From the NCBI GenBank assembly GCA_964016885.1, contig OZ024740.1:10106001-10170000 (forward strand): DNA of 64,000 bases, given 5' to 3'. The notes beneath the pieces were generated by a model that did no database searches, was not told the DNA's origin, and saw only the letters and a list, made by a program, of their open reading frames with translations. Of the stretch, positions 50,401 to 64,000 are shown piece by piece. Origin of the DNA: Eledone cirrhosa. Taxonomy: Eukaryota. Numbering within the stretch: the first letter of the stretch is position 1; every line of letters begins with the position of its first letter. A program made the translations under genes and the position numbers.

Positions 50401-53400
50401 TGTTATGGTATAGAGTGTATGTAGGGTTATAGTATAGAGTATACATAGGTGTTATAGTATAGAGTGTATATAGGTGTTATAGTATAGAGTGTATGTACGT
50501 GTTATAGTATAGAGTGTATATAGGGTTATAGTATTGAGTGTATATAGGTGTTATAGTATAGAGTGTATATAGGTGTTATAGTATAGAGTGTATATAGGGT
50601 TATAGTATAGAGTGTATATAGGGTTATAGTATAGAGTGTAAATAGGGTTATAGTATAGAGTGTATATAGGTGTTATGGTATAGAGTGTATATAGGTGTTA
50701 TAGTATAGAGTGTATGTAGGTGTTATAGTATAGAGTGTATATAGGGTTATAGTATAGAGTGTATATAGGGTTATAGTATAGAGTGTATATAGGTGTTATA
50801 GTATAGAGTGTATGTAGGGGGTATAGTATAGAGTATATATAGGTGTTATAGTATAGAGTGTATATAGGGTTATAGTATAGAGTGTATATAGGTGTTATAG
50901 TTTAGAGTGTATATAGGGTTATAGTATAGAGTATACATAGGTGTTATAGTATAGAGTGTATATAGGTGTTATAGTATAGAGTGTATATAGGGTTATAGTA
51001 TAGAGTGTATATAGCTGTTATAGTATAGAGTGTATATAGGGTTATAGTATAGAGTGTATATAGGTGTTATAGTATAGAGTGTATATAGGTGTTATATTAT
51101 AAAGTGTATATATGGTTATAGAATAAAGTGTATATAGGGTTATAGTATAGAGTGTATATAGTGTTATAGTATAGAGTGTATATAGGGTTATAGTATAGAG
51201 TGTATATAGGTGTTATAGTATAGAGTGTATATAGGGTTATAGTATAGAGTGTATATAGGGTTATAGTATAGAGTGTATATAGGTGTTATAGTATAGAGTG
51301 TATATAGGGTTATAGTATAGAGTGTATATAGGGTTTTAGTATAGAGTGTATATAGGGTTATAGTATAGAGTGTATATAGGCTTATAGTATAGAGTGTATA
51401 TAGGTGTTATAGTATAGAGTGTATATAGGGTTATAGTATAGAGTATACATAGGTGTTATAATATAGCGTGTATATAGGTGTTATAGTATAGAGTGTATAT
51501 AGGGTTATAGTATAGAGTGTATATAGGTGTTATAGTATAGAGTGTATATAGGGTTATAGTATAGAGTGTATATAGGGTTATAGTATAGAGTGTATATAGG
51601 TGTAATAGTATAGAGTGTATATAGGTGTTATAGTATAGAGTGTATATAGGGTTATAGTATAGAGTGTATATAGGATTATAGTATACAGTGTGTATAGGTG
51701 TTATAGTATAGAGTGTATATAGGGTTATAGTATAGAGTGTGTATAGGTGTTATAGTATAGAGTGTATATAGGGTTATAGTATAGAGTGTATATAGGGTTA
51801 TAGTATAGAGTTTATATAGGTGTTATAGTATAGAGTGTATATAAGGTTATAGTATAGAGTGTATATAGGGTTTTAGTATAGAGTGTATATAGGGTTATAG
51901 TATAGAGTGTATATAGGCTTATAGTATAGAGTGTATATAGGTGTTATAGTATAGAGTGTATATAGGGTTATAGTATAGAGTATACATAGGTGTTATAATA
52001 TAGAGTGTATATAGGTGTTATAGTATAGAGTGTATATAGGGTTATAGTATAGAGTGTATATAGGTGTTATAGTATAGAGTGTATATAGGGTTATAGTATA
52101 GAGTGTATATAGGGTTATAGTATAGAGTGTATATAGGTGTTATAGTATAGAGTGTATATAGGTGTTATAGTATAGAGTGTATATAGGGTTATAGTATAGA
52201 GTCTATATAGGGTTATAGTATACAGTGTGTATAGGTGTTATAGTATAGAGTGTATATAGGGTTATAGTATAGAGTGTATATAGGGTTATAGTATAGAGTG
52301 TATATAGGTTTTATCGTATAGAGTGTGTATAGGTGTTATAGTATAGAGTGTATATAGGGTTATAGTATAGAGTGTATATAGGGTTATAGTATAGAGTGTA
52401 TATAGGTGTTATAGTATAGAGTGTGTATAGGTGTTATAGTATAGAGTGTATATAGGGTTATAGTATAGAGTGTATATAGGGTTATAGTATAGAGTGTATA
52501 TAGGTGTTATAGTATAGAGTGTATATAGGTTTATACTATAGAGTGTATATAGGGTTATAGTATAGAGTGTATATAGGTGTTATAGTATAGAGTGTATATA
52601 GGTGTTATAGTATAGAGTGTATATAGGGTTATAGTATAGAGTGTATATAGGGTTATAGTATAGAGTGTATATAGGTGTTATAGTATAGAGTGTATATAGG
52701 GTTATAGTATAGAGTGTATATAGGGTTATAGTATAGATTGTATATAGGTGTTATAGTATAGAGTGTATATAGGTGTTATAGTATAGAGTGTATATAGGGT
52801 TATAGTATAGAGTGTATATAGGGTTATAGTATAGAGTGTATATAGGTGTTATAGTATAGAGTGTATATAGGTGTTATAGTATAGAGTGTATATAGGGTTA
52901 TAGTATAGAGTGTATATAGGGTTATAATATAGAGTGTGTATAGGTGTTATAGTATAGAGTGTATATAGGGTTATAGTATAGAGTGTATATAGGGTTCTGG
53001 TATAGAGTGTATATAGGTGTTATCGTATAGAGTGTGTATAGGTGTTATAGTATAGAGTGTATATAGGGTTATAGTATAGAGTGTATATAGGGTTATAGTA
53101 TAGAGTGTATATAGGTGTTATAGTATAGAGTCTATATAGGTGTTATAGTATAGAGTGTGTATAGGTGTTATAGTATAGAGTGTATATAGGGTTATAGTAT
53201 AGAGTGTATATAGGTGTTATAGTATAGAGTGTATATAGGGTTATAGTATAGAGTGTATATAGGGTTATAGTATAGAGTGTATATAGGGTTATAGTATAGA
53301 GTGTATATAGGTGTTATAGTATAGAGTGTATATAGGTTTATAGTATAGAGTGTATATAGGGTTATAGTATAGAGTGTATATAGGTGTTATAGTATAGAGT

Positions 53401-56400
53401 GTATATAGGTGTTATAGTATAGAGTGTATATAGGGTTATAGTATAGAGTGTATATAGGGTTATAGTATAGAGTGTATATAGGTGTTATAGTATAGAGTGT
53501 ATATAGGGTTATAGTATAGAGTGTATATAGGGTTATAGTATAGATTGTATATAGGTGTTATAGTATAGAGTGTATATAGGTGTTATAGTATAGAGTGTAT
53601 ATAGGGTTATAGTATAGAGTGTATATAGGGTTATAGTATAGAGTGTATATAGGTGTTATAGTATAGAGTGTATATAGGTGTTATAGTATAGAGTGTATAT
53701 AGGGTTATAGTATAGAGTGTATATAGGGTTATAGTATAGAGTGTGTATAGGTGTTATAGTATAGAGTGTATATAGGGTTATAGTATAGAGTGTATATAGG
53801 GTTATAGTATAGAGTGTATATAGGTGTTATCGTATAGAGTGTGTATAGGTGTTATAGTATAGAGTGTATATAGGGTTATAGTATAGAGTGTATATAGGGT
53901 TATAGTATAGAGTGTATATAGGTGTTATAGTATAGAGTCTATATAGGTGTTATAGTATAGAGTGTGTATAGGTGTTATAGTATAGAGTGTATATAGGGTT
54001 ATAGTATAGAGTGTATATAGGCTTATAGTATAGAGTGTATATAGGTGTTATAGTATAGAGTGTATATAGGGTTATAGTATAGAGTGTATATAGGGTTATA
54101 GTATAGAGTGTATATAGGGTTATAGTATAGAGTGTATATAGGGTTATAGTATAGAGTGTATATAGGTGTTATGGTATAGAGTGTATGTAGGGTTATAGTA
54201 TAGAGTATACATAGGTGTTATAGTATAGAGTGTATATAGGTGTTATAGTATAGAGTGTATGTACATGTTATAGTATAGAGTGTATATAGGGTTATAGTAT
54301 TGAGTGTATATAGGTGTTATAGTATAGAGTGTATATAGGTGTTATAGTATAGAGTGTATATAGGGTTATAGTATAGAGTGTATATAGGGTTATAGTATAG
54401 AGTGTATATAGGGTTATAGTATAGAGTGTATATAGGTGTTATGGTATAGAGTGTATATAGGTGTTATAGTATAGAGTGTATATAGGTGTTATAGTATAGA
54501 GTGTATATAGGTGTTATAGTATAGAGTGTATATCGGTGTTATTGTATAGAGTATATATAGGTGTTATAGTATAGAGTGTATGTAGGTGTTATAGTATAGA
54601 GTGTATATAGGGTTATAGTATAGAGTGTATATAGGGTTATAGTATAGAGTATATATAGGGTTATAGTATAGAGTATATATAGGGTTATAGTATAGAGTGT
54701 ATATAGGTGTTATAGTATAGAGTGTATGTAGGGGGTATAGTATAGAGTATATATAGGTGTTATAGTATAGAGTGTATATAGGGTTATAGTATAGAGTGTA
54801 TATAGGTGTTATAGTATAGAGTGTATATAGGGTTATAGTATAGAGTATACATAGGTGTTATAGTATAGAGTGTATATAGGTGTTATAGTATAGAGTGTAT
54901 ATAGGGTTATAGTATAGAGTGTATATAGCTGTTATAGTATAGAGTGTATATAGGGTTATAGTGTAGAGTGTATATAGGTGTTATAGTATAGAGTATATAT
55001 AGGTGTTATAGTATAGAGTGTATATAGGTGTTATAGTATAAAGTGTATATATGGTTATAGAATAAAGTGTATATAGGGTTATAGTATAGAGTGTATATAG
55101 TGTTATAGTATAGAGTGTATATAGGGTTATAGTATAGAGTGTATATAGGTGTTATAGTATAGAGTGTATATAGGGTTATAGTATAGAGTGTATATAGGGT
55201 TATAGTATAGAGTGTATATAGGTGTTATAGTATAGAGTGTATATAGGGTTATAGTATAGAGTGTATATAGGGTTTTAGTATAGAGTGTATATAGGGTTAT
55301 AGTATAGAGTGTATATAGGCTTATAGTATAGAGTGTATATAGGTGTTATAGTATAGAGTGTATATAGGGTTATAGTATAGAGTATACATAGGTGTTATAA
55401 TATAGAGTGTATATAGGTGTTATAGTATAGAGTGTATATAGGGTTATAGTATAGAGTGTATATAGGTGTTATAGTATAGAGTGTATATAGGGTTATAGTA
55501 TAGAGTGTATATAGGGTTATAGTATAGAGTGTATATAGGTGTTATAGTATAGAGTGTATATAGGTGTTATAGTATAGAGTGTATATAGGGTTATAGTATA
55601 GAGTGTATATAGGATTATAGTATACAGTGTGTATAGGTGTTATAGTATAGAGTGTATATAGGGTTATAGTATAGAGTGTGTATAGGTGTTATAGTATAGA
55701 GTGTATATAGGGTTATAGTATAGAGTGTATATAGGGTTATAGTATAGAGTTTATATAGGTGTTATAGTATAGAGTGTATATAAGGTTATAGTATAGAGTG
55801 TATATAGGGTTTTAGTATAGAGTGTATATAGGGTTATAGTATAGAGTGTATATAGGCTTATAGTATAGAGTGTATATAGGTGTTATAGTATAGAGTGTAT
55901 ATAGGGTTATAGTATAGAGTGTATATAGGTGTTATAGTATAGAGTGTATATAGGGTTATAGTATAGAGTGTATATAGGGTTATAGTATAGAGTGTATATA
56001 GGTGTTATAGTATAGAGTGTATATAGGTGTTATAGTATAGAGTGTATATAGGGTTATAGTATAGAGTGTATATAGGGTTATAGTATACAGTGTGTATAGG
56101 TGTTATAGTATAGAGTGTATATAGGGTTATAGTATAGAGTGTATATAGGGTTATAGTATAGAGTGTATATAGGTTTTATCGTATAGAGTGTGTATAGGTG
56201 TTATAGTATAGAGTGTATATAGGGTTATAGTATAGAGTGTATATAGGTTTATAGTATAGAGTGTATATAGGGTTATAGTATAGAGTGTATATAGGTGTTA
56301 TAGTATAGAGTGTATATAGGTGTTATAGTATAGAGTGTATATAGGGTTATAGTATAGAGTGTATATAGGTTTATAGTATAGAGTGTATATAGGTGTTATA

Positions 56401-59400
56401 GTATAGAGTGTATATAGGGTTATAGTATAGAGTGTATATAGGGTTATAGTATAGATTGTATATAGGTGTTATAGTATAGAGTGTATATAGGTGTTATAGT
56501 ATAGAGTGTATATAGGGTTATAGTATAGAGTGTATATAGGGTTATAGTATAGAGTGTATATAGGTGTTATAGTATAGAGTGTATATAGGTGTTATAGTAT
56601 AGAGTGTATATAGGGTTATAGTATAGAGTGTATATAGGGTTATAGTATAGAGTGTGTATAGGTGTTATAGTATAGAGTGTATATAGGGTTATAGTATAGA
56701 GTGTATATAGTGTTATAGTATAGAGTGTATATAGGTGTTATCGTATAGAGTGTGTATAGGTGTTATAGTATAGAGTGTATATAGGGTTATAGTATAGAGT
56801 GTATATAGGGTTATAGTATAGAGTGTATATAGGTGTTATAGTATAGAGTCTATATAGGTGTTATAGTATAGAGTGTGTATAGGTGTTATAGTATAGAGTG
56901 TATATAGGGTTATAGTATAGAGTGTATATAGGGTTATAGTATAGAGTGTATATAGGTGTTATAGTATAGAGTGTATATAGGGTTATAGTATAGAGTGTAT
57001 ATAGGGTTATAGTATAGAGTGTATATAGGGTTATAGTATAGAGTGTATATAGGGTTATAGTATAGAGTGTATATAGGTGTTATGGTATAGAGTGTATGTA
57101 GGGTTATAGTATAGAGTATACATAGGTGTTATAGTATAGAGTGTATATAGGTGTTATAGTATAGAGTGTATGTACGTGTTATAGTATAGAGTGTATATAG
57201 GGTTATAGTATTGAGTGTATATAGGTGTTATAGTATAGAGTGTATATAGGTGTTATAGTATAGAGTGTATATAGGGTTATAGTATAGAGTGTATATAGGG
57301 TTATAGTATAGAGTGTATATAGGGTTATAGTATAGAGTGTATATAGGTGTTATGGTATAGAGTGTATATAGGTGTTATAGTATAGAGTGTATATAGGTGT
57401 TATAGTATAGAGTGTATATAGGTGTTATAGTATAGAGTGTATATCGGTGTTATTGTATAGAGTATATATAGGTGTTATAGTATAGAGTGTATGTAGGTGT
57501 TATAGTATAGAGTGTATATAGGGTTATAGTATAGAGTGTATATAGGGTTATAGTATAGAGTATATATAGGGTTATAGTATAGAGTATATATAGGGTTATA
57601 GTATAGAGTGTATATAGGTGTTATAGTATAGAGTGTATATAGGGTTATAGTATAGAGTGTATATAGGTGTTATAGTATAGAGTGTATATAGGGTTATAGT
57701 ATAGAGTGTATATAGGTGTTATAGTATAGAGTGTATATAGGTGTTATAGTATAGAGTGTATATAGGTGTTATAGTATAGAGTGTATATCGGTGTTATTGT
57801 ATAGAGTATATATAGGTGTTATAGTATAGAGTGTATGTAGGTGTTATAGTATAGAGTGTATATAGGGTTATAGTATAGAGTGTATATAGGGTTATAGTAT
57901 AGAGTATATATAGGGTTATAGTATAGAGTATATATAGGGTTATAGTATAGAGTGTATATAGGTGTTATAGTATAGAGTTTATATAGGTGTTATAGTATAG
58001 AGTGTATATAGGGTTATAGTATAGAGTGTATATAGGGTTATAGTATAGAGTGTATATAGGTGTTATGGTATAGAGTGTATATAGGTGTTATAGTATAGAG
58101 TGTATATAGGTGTTATAGTATAGAGTGTATATAGGTGTTATAGTATAGAGTGTATATCGGTGTTATTGTATAGAGTATATATAGGTGTTATAGTATAGAG
58201 TGTATGTAGGTGTTATAGTATAGAGTGTATATAGGGTTATAGTATAGAGTGTATATAGGGTTATAGTATAGAGTATATATAGGGTTATAGTATAGAGTAT
58301 ATATAGGGTTATAGTATAGAGTGTATATAGGTGTTATAGTATAGAGTGTATATAGGTGTTATAGTATAGAGTGTATATAGGGTTATAGTATAGAGTGTAT
58401 ATAGCTGTTATAGTATAGAGTGTATATAGGGTTATAGTATAGAGTGTATATAGGTGTTATAGTATAGAGTATATATAGGTGTTATAGTATAGAGTGTATA
58501 TAGGTGTTATAGTATAAAGTGTATATATGGTTATAGAATAAAGTGTATATAGGGTTATAGTATAGAGTGTATATAGTGTTATAGTATAGAGTGTATATAG
58601 GGTTATAGTATAGAGTGTATATAGGTGTTATAGTATAGAGTATATATAGGTGTTATAGTATAGAGTGTATATAGGGTTATAGTATAGAGTGTATATAGGG
58701 TTATAGTATAAAGTGTATATAGGGTTATAGTATAGAGTGTATATAGGTGTTATAGTATAGAGTGTATATAGGTGTTATAGTATAGAGTGTATATAGGGTT
58801 ATAGTATAGAGTGTATATAGGTGTTATAGTATAGAGTGTATAGAGGGTTATAGTATAGAGTGTATATAGGGTTATAGTATAAAGTGTATATAGGGTTATA
58901 GTATAGAGTGTATATAGGGTTATAGTATAGAGTGTATATAGGGTTATAGTATAGAGTGTATATAGGTGTTATAGTATAGAGTGTATATAGGTGTTATAGT
59001 ATAGAGTGTATATAGGGTTATAGTATAGAGTGTATATAGGGTTATAGTATAGAGTGTGTATAAGTGTTATAGTATAGAGTGTATATAGGGTTATAGTATA
59101 GAGTGTATATAGGGTTATAGTATAGAGTGTATATAGGTGTTATAGTATAGAGTGTGTATAGGTGTTATAGTATAGAGTGTATATAGGGTTATAGTATAGA
59201 GTGTATATAGGGTTATAGTATAGAGTGTATATAGGTGTTATAGTATAGAGTGTATATAGGTTTATAGTATAGAGTGTATATAGGGTTATAGTATAGAGTG
59301 TATATAGGTGTTATAGTATAGAGTGTATATAGGTGTTATAGTATAGAGTGTATATAGGGTTATAGTATAGAGTGTATATAGGGTTATAGTATAGAGTGTA

Positions 59401-62400
59401 TATAGGTTTTATAGTATAGAGTGTATATAGGGTTATAGTATAGAGTGTATATAGGGTTATAGTATAGATTGTATATAGGTGTTATAGTATAGAGTGTATA
59501 TAGGTGTTATAGTATAGAGTGTATATAGGGTTATAGTATAGAGTGTATATAGGGTTATAGTATAGAGTGTATATAGGTGTTATAGTATAGAGTGTATATA
59601 GGTGTTATAGTATAGAGTGTATATAGGGTTATAGTATAGAGTGTATATAGGGTTATAGTATAGAGTGTGTATAGGTGTTATAGTATAGAGTGTATATAGT
59701 GTTATAGTATAGAGTGTATATAGGGTTATAGTATAGAGTGTATATAGGTGTTATCGTATAGAGTGTGTATAGGTGTTATAGTATAGATTGTATATAGGGT
59801 TATAGTATAGAGTGTATATAGGGTTATAGTATAGAGTGTATATAGGGTTATAGTATAGAGTGTATATAGGGTTATAGTATAGAGTGTATATAGGTGTTAT
59901 GGTATAGAGTGTATGTAGGGTTATAGTATAGAGTATACATAGGTGTTATAGTATAGAGTGTATATAGGTGTTATAGTATAGAGTGTGTATAGGTGTTATA
60001 GTATAGAGTGTATATAGGGTTATAGTATAGAGTGTATATAGGGTTATAGTATAGAGTGTATATAGGTGTTATAGTATAGAGTGTATATAGGTGTTATAGT
60101 ATAGAGTGTGTATAGGTGTTATAGTATAGAGTGTATATAGGGTTATAGTATAGAGTGTATATAGGGTTATAGTATAGAGTGTATATAGGTGTTATAGTAT
60201 AGAGTGTATATAGGGTTATAGTATAGAGTGTATATAGGGTTTTAGTATAGAGTGTATATAGGGTTATAGTATAGAGTGTATATAGGCTTATAGTATAGAG
60301 TGTATATAGGTGTTATAGTATAGAGTGTATATAGGGTTATAGTATAGAGTATACATAGGTGTTATAATATAGAGTGTATATAGGTGTTATAGTATAGAGT
60401 GTATATAGGGTTATAGTATAGAGTGTATATAGGTGTTATAGTATAGAGTGTATATAGGGTTATAGTATAGAGTGTATATAGGGTTATAGTATAGAGTGTA
60501 TATAGGTGTTATGGTATAGAGTGTATATAGGTGTTATAGTATAGAGTGTATATAGGGTTATAGTATAGAGTGTATATAGGATTATAGTATACAGTGTGTA
60601 TAGGTGTTATAGTATAGAGTGTATATAGGGTTATAGTATAGAGTGTGTATAGGTGTTATAGTATAGAGTGTATATAGGGTTATAGTATAGAGTGTATATA
60701 GGGTTATAGTATAGAGTGTATATAGGTGTTATAGTATAGAGTGTATATAAGGTTATAGGATAGAGTGTATATAGGGTTTTAGTATAGAGTGTATATAGGG
60801 TTATAGTATAGAGTGTATATAGGCTTATAGTATAGAGTGTATATAGGTGTTATAGTATAGAGTGTATATAGGGTTATAGTATAGAGTATACATAGGTGTT
60901 ATAATATAGAGTGTATATAGGTGTTATAGTATACAGTGTATATAGGGTTATAGTATAGAGTGTATATAGGTGTTATAGTATAGAGTGTATATAGGGTTAT
61001 AGTATAGTGTGTATATAGGGTTATAGTATAGAGTGTATATAGGTGTTATAGTATAGAGTGTATATAGGTGTTATAGTATAGAGTGTATATAGGGTTATAG
61101 TATAGAGTGTATATAGGGTTATAGTATACAGTGTGTATAGGTGTTATAGTATAGAGTGTATATAGGGTTATAGTATAGAGTGTATATAGGGTTATAGTAT
61201 AGAGTGTATATAGGTTTTATCGTATAGAGTGTGTATAGGTGTTATAGTATAGAGTGTATATAGGGTTATAGTATAGAGTGTATATAGGGTTATAGTATAG
61301 AGTGTATATAGGTGTTATAGTATAGAGTGTGTATAGGTGTTATAGTATAGAGTGTATATAGGGTTATAGTATAGAGTGTATATAGGGTTATAGTATAGAG
61401 TGTATATAGGTGTTATAGTATAGAGTGTATATAGGTTTATAGTATAGAGTGTATATAGGGTTATAGTATAGAGTGTATATAGGTGTTATAGTATAGAGTG
61501 TATATAGGTGTTATAGTATAGAGTGTATATAGGGTTATAGTATAGAGTGTATATAGGGCTATAGTATAGAGTGTATATAGGTGTTATAGTATAGAGTGTA
61601 TATAGGGTTATAGTATAGAGTGTATATAGGGTTATAGTATAGATTGTATATAGGTGTTATAGTATAGAGTGTATATAGGTGTTATAGTATAGAGTGTATA
61701 TAGGGTTATAGTATAGAGTGTATATAGGGTTATAGTATAGAGTGTATATAGGTGTTATAGTATAGAGTGTATATAGGTGTTATAGTATAGAGTGTATATA
61801 GGGTTATAGTATAGAGTGTATATAGGGTTATAGTATAGAGTGTGTATAGGTGTTATAGTATAGAGTGTATATAGGGTTATAGTATAGAGTGTATATAGGG
61901 TTATAGTATAGAGTGTATATAGGTGTTATCGTATAGAGTGTGTATAGGTGTTATAGTATAGAGTGTATATAGGGTTATAGTATAGAGTGTATATAGGGTT
62001 ATAGTATAGAGTGTATATAGGTGTTATAGTATAGAGTCTATATAGGTGTTATAGTATAGAGTGTGTATAGGTGTTATAGTATAGAGTGTATATAGGGTTA
62101 TAGTATAGAGTGTATATAGGGTTATAGTATAGAGTGTATATAGGTGTTATAGTATAGAGTGTATATAGGGTTATAGTATAGAGTGTATATAGGGTTATAG
62201 TATAGAGTGTATATAGGGTTATAGTATAGAGTGTATATAGGGTTATATATAGAGTGTATATAGGTGTTATGGTATAGAGTGTATGTAGGGTTATAGTATA
62301 GAGTATACATAGGTGTTATAGTATAGAGTGTATATAGGTGTTATAGTATAGAGTGTGTATAGGTGTTATAGTATAGAGTGTATATAGGGTTATAGTATAG

Positions 62401-64000
62401 AGTGTATATAGGGTTATAGTATAGAGTGTATATAGGTGTTATAGTATAGAGTGTATATAGGTGTTATAGTATAGAGTGTGTATAGGTGTTATAGTATAGA
62501 GTGTATATAGGGTTATAGTATAGAGTGTATATAGGGTTATAGTATAGAGTGTATATAGGTGTTATAGTATAGAGTGTATATAGGGTTATAGTATAGAGTG
62601 TATATAGGGTTTTAGTATAGAGTGTATATAGGGTTATAGTATAGAGTGTATATAGGCTTATAGAATAGAGTGTATATAGGTGTTATAGTATAGAGTGTAT
62701 ATAGAGTTATAGTATAGGGTATACGTAGGTGTTATAATATAGAGTGTATATAGGTGTTATAGTATAGAGTGTATATAGGGTTATAGTATAGAGTGTATAT
62801 AGGTGTTATAGTATAGAGTGTATATAGGGTTATAGTATAGAGTGTATATAGGGTTATAGTATAGAGTGTATATAGGTGTTATAGTATAGAGTGTATATAG
62901 GTGTTATAGTATAGAGTGTATATAGGGTTATAGTATAGAGTGTATATAGGGTTATAGTATACAGTGTGTATAGGTGTTATAGTATAGAGTGTATATAGGG
63001 TTATAGTATAGAGTGTATATAGGGTTATAGTATAGAGTGTATATAGGGTTATAGTATAGAGTGTATATAGGGTTATAGTATAGAGTGTATATAGGTGTTA
63101 TAATATAGAGTGTATATAGGTGTTATAGTATAGAGTGTATATAGGGTTATAGTATAGAGTGTATATAGGGTTATAGTATAGAGTGTATATAGGTGTTATA
63201 GTATAGAGTGTATATAGGGTTATAGTATAGGGTATACATAGGTGTTATAATATAGAGTGTATATAGGTGTTATAGTATAGAGTGTTTATAGGGTTATAGT
63301 ATAGAGTGTATATAGGTGTTATAGTATAGAGTGTATATAGGGTTATAGTATAGAGTGTATATAGGGTTATAGTATAGAGTGTATATAGGTGTTATAGTAT
63401 AGAGTGTATATAGGTGTTATAGTATAGAGTGTATATAGGGTTATAGTATAGAGTGTATATAGGGTTATAGTATACAATGTGTATAGGTGTTATAGTATAG
63501 AGTGTATATAGGGTTATAGTATAGAGTGTATATAGGGTTATAGTATAGAGTGTATATAGGGTTATAGTATAGAGTGTATATAGGGTTATAGTATAGAGTG
63601 TATATAGGTGTTATAGTATAGAGTGTATATAGGTGTTATAGTATAGAGTGTGTATAGGTGTTATAGTATAGAGTTTATATAGGGTTATAGTATAGAGTGT
63701 ATATAGGGTTATAGTATAGAGTGTATATAGGTGTTATGGTATAGAGTGTATATAGGATTATAGTATAGAGTATACATAGGTGTTATAGTATAGAGTGTAT
63801 ATAGGTGTTATAGTATAGAGTGTGTATAGGTGTTATAGTATAGAGTGTATATAGGGTTATACTATAGAGTGTATATAGGGTTATAGTATACAGTCTGTAT
63901 AGGTGTTATAGTATAGAGTGTATATAGGGTTATAGTATAGAGTGTATATAGGGTTATAGTATAGAGTGTATATAGGTTTTATCGTATAGAGTGTGTATAG
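14454..64000. repeat. Large satellite array of interspersed 24-bp and 25-bp monomers (about 2,000 copies; continues past the window end)
   Basis: Monomers GGGTTATAGTATAGAGTGTATATA (24 bp) and GGTGTTATAGTATAGAGTGTATATA (25 bp). No non-satellite insertion or orientation switch was seen. The + strand consensus has no C. Confidence 0.99.

Noticed and set aside
14454-64000. Satellite as CRISPR array or coding repeat (ORF 62122-62310, YYNPIYTL)
   Set aside because: A head-to-tail tandem repeat without spacers; the ORF is a chance run of 24-mers.

Overview
This is eukaryotic, repeat-only DNA, most likely from an octopus or related coleoid cephalopod; that assignment rests on SINE families recognised from memory, not a database search. 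No host protein-coding gene can be supported. Positions 1-14253 are a dense graveyard of mobile elements: tRNA-derived SINEs (one nested, with a 16-bp TSD), a CR1/L2-type LINE 3' end carrying a 61-bp minisatellite, a truncated Tc1/mariner (maT-like) transposase, a hAT-like MITE, RTE-type tails, Penelope-like (PLE) endonuclease relics and several microsatellites. A 200-N scaffold gap (14254-14453) follows. The remaining ~49.5 kb is a 24/25-bp G-strand-biased satellite with kilobase-scale internal duplications, including a 5,277-bp tandem duplication whose checked markers all recur at the same offset. The most notable signals are a near-intact minimal type I hammerhead ribozyme at 13038-13100, a three-copy (TA)n-embedded palindromic element whose arms carry only the 3' half of a hammerhead and vary in concert, and a 178-bp inverted repeat carrying only the 5' half of a hammerhead.
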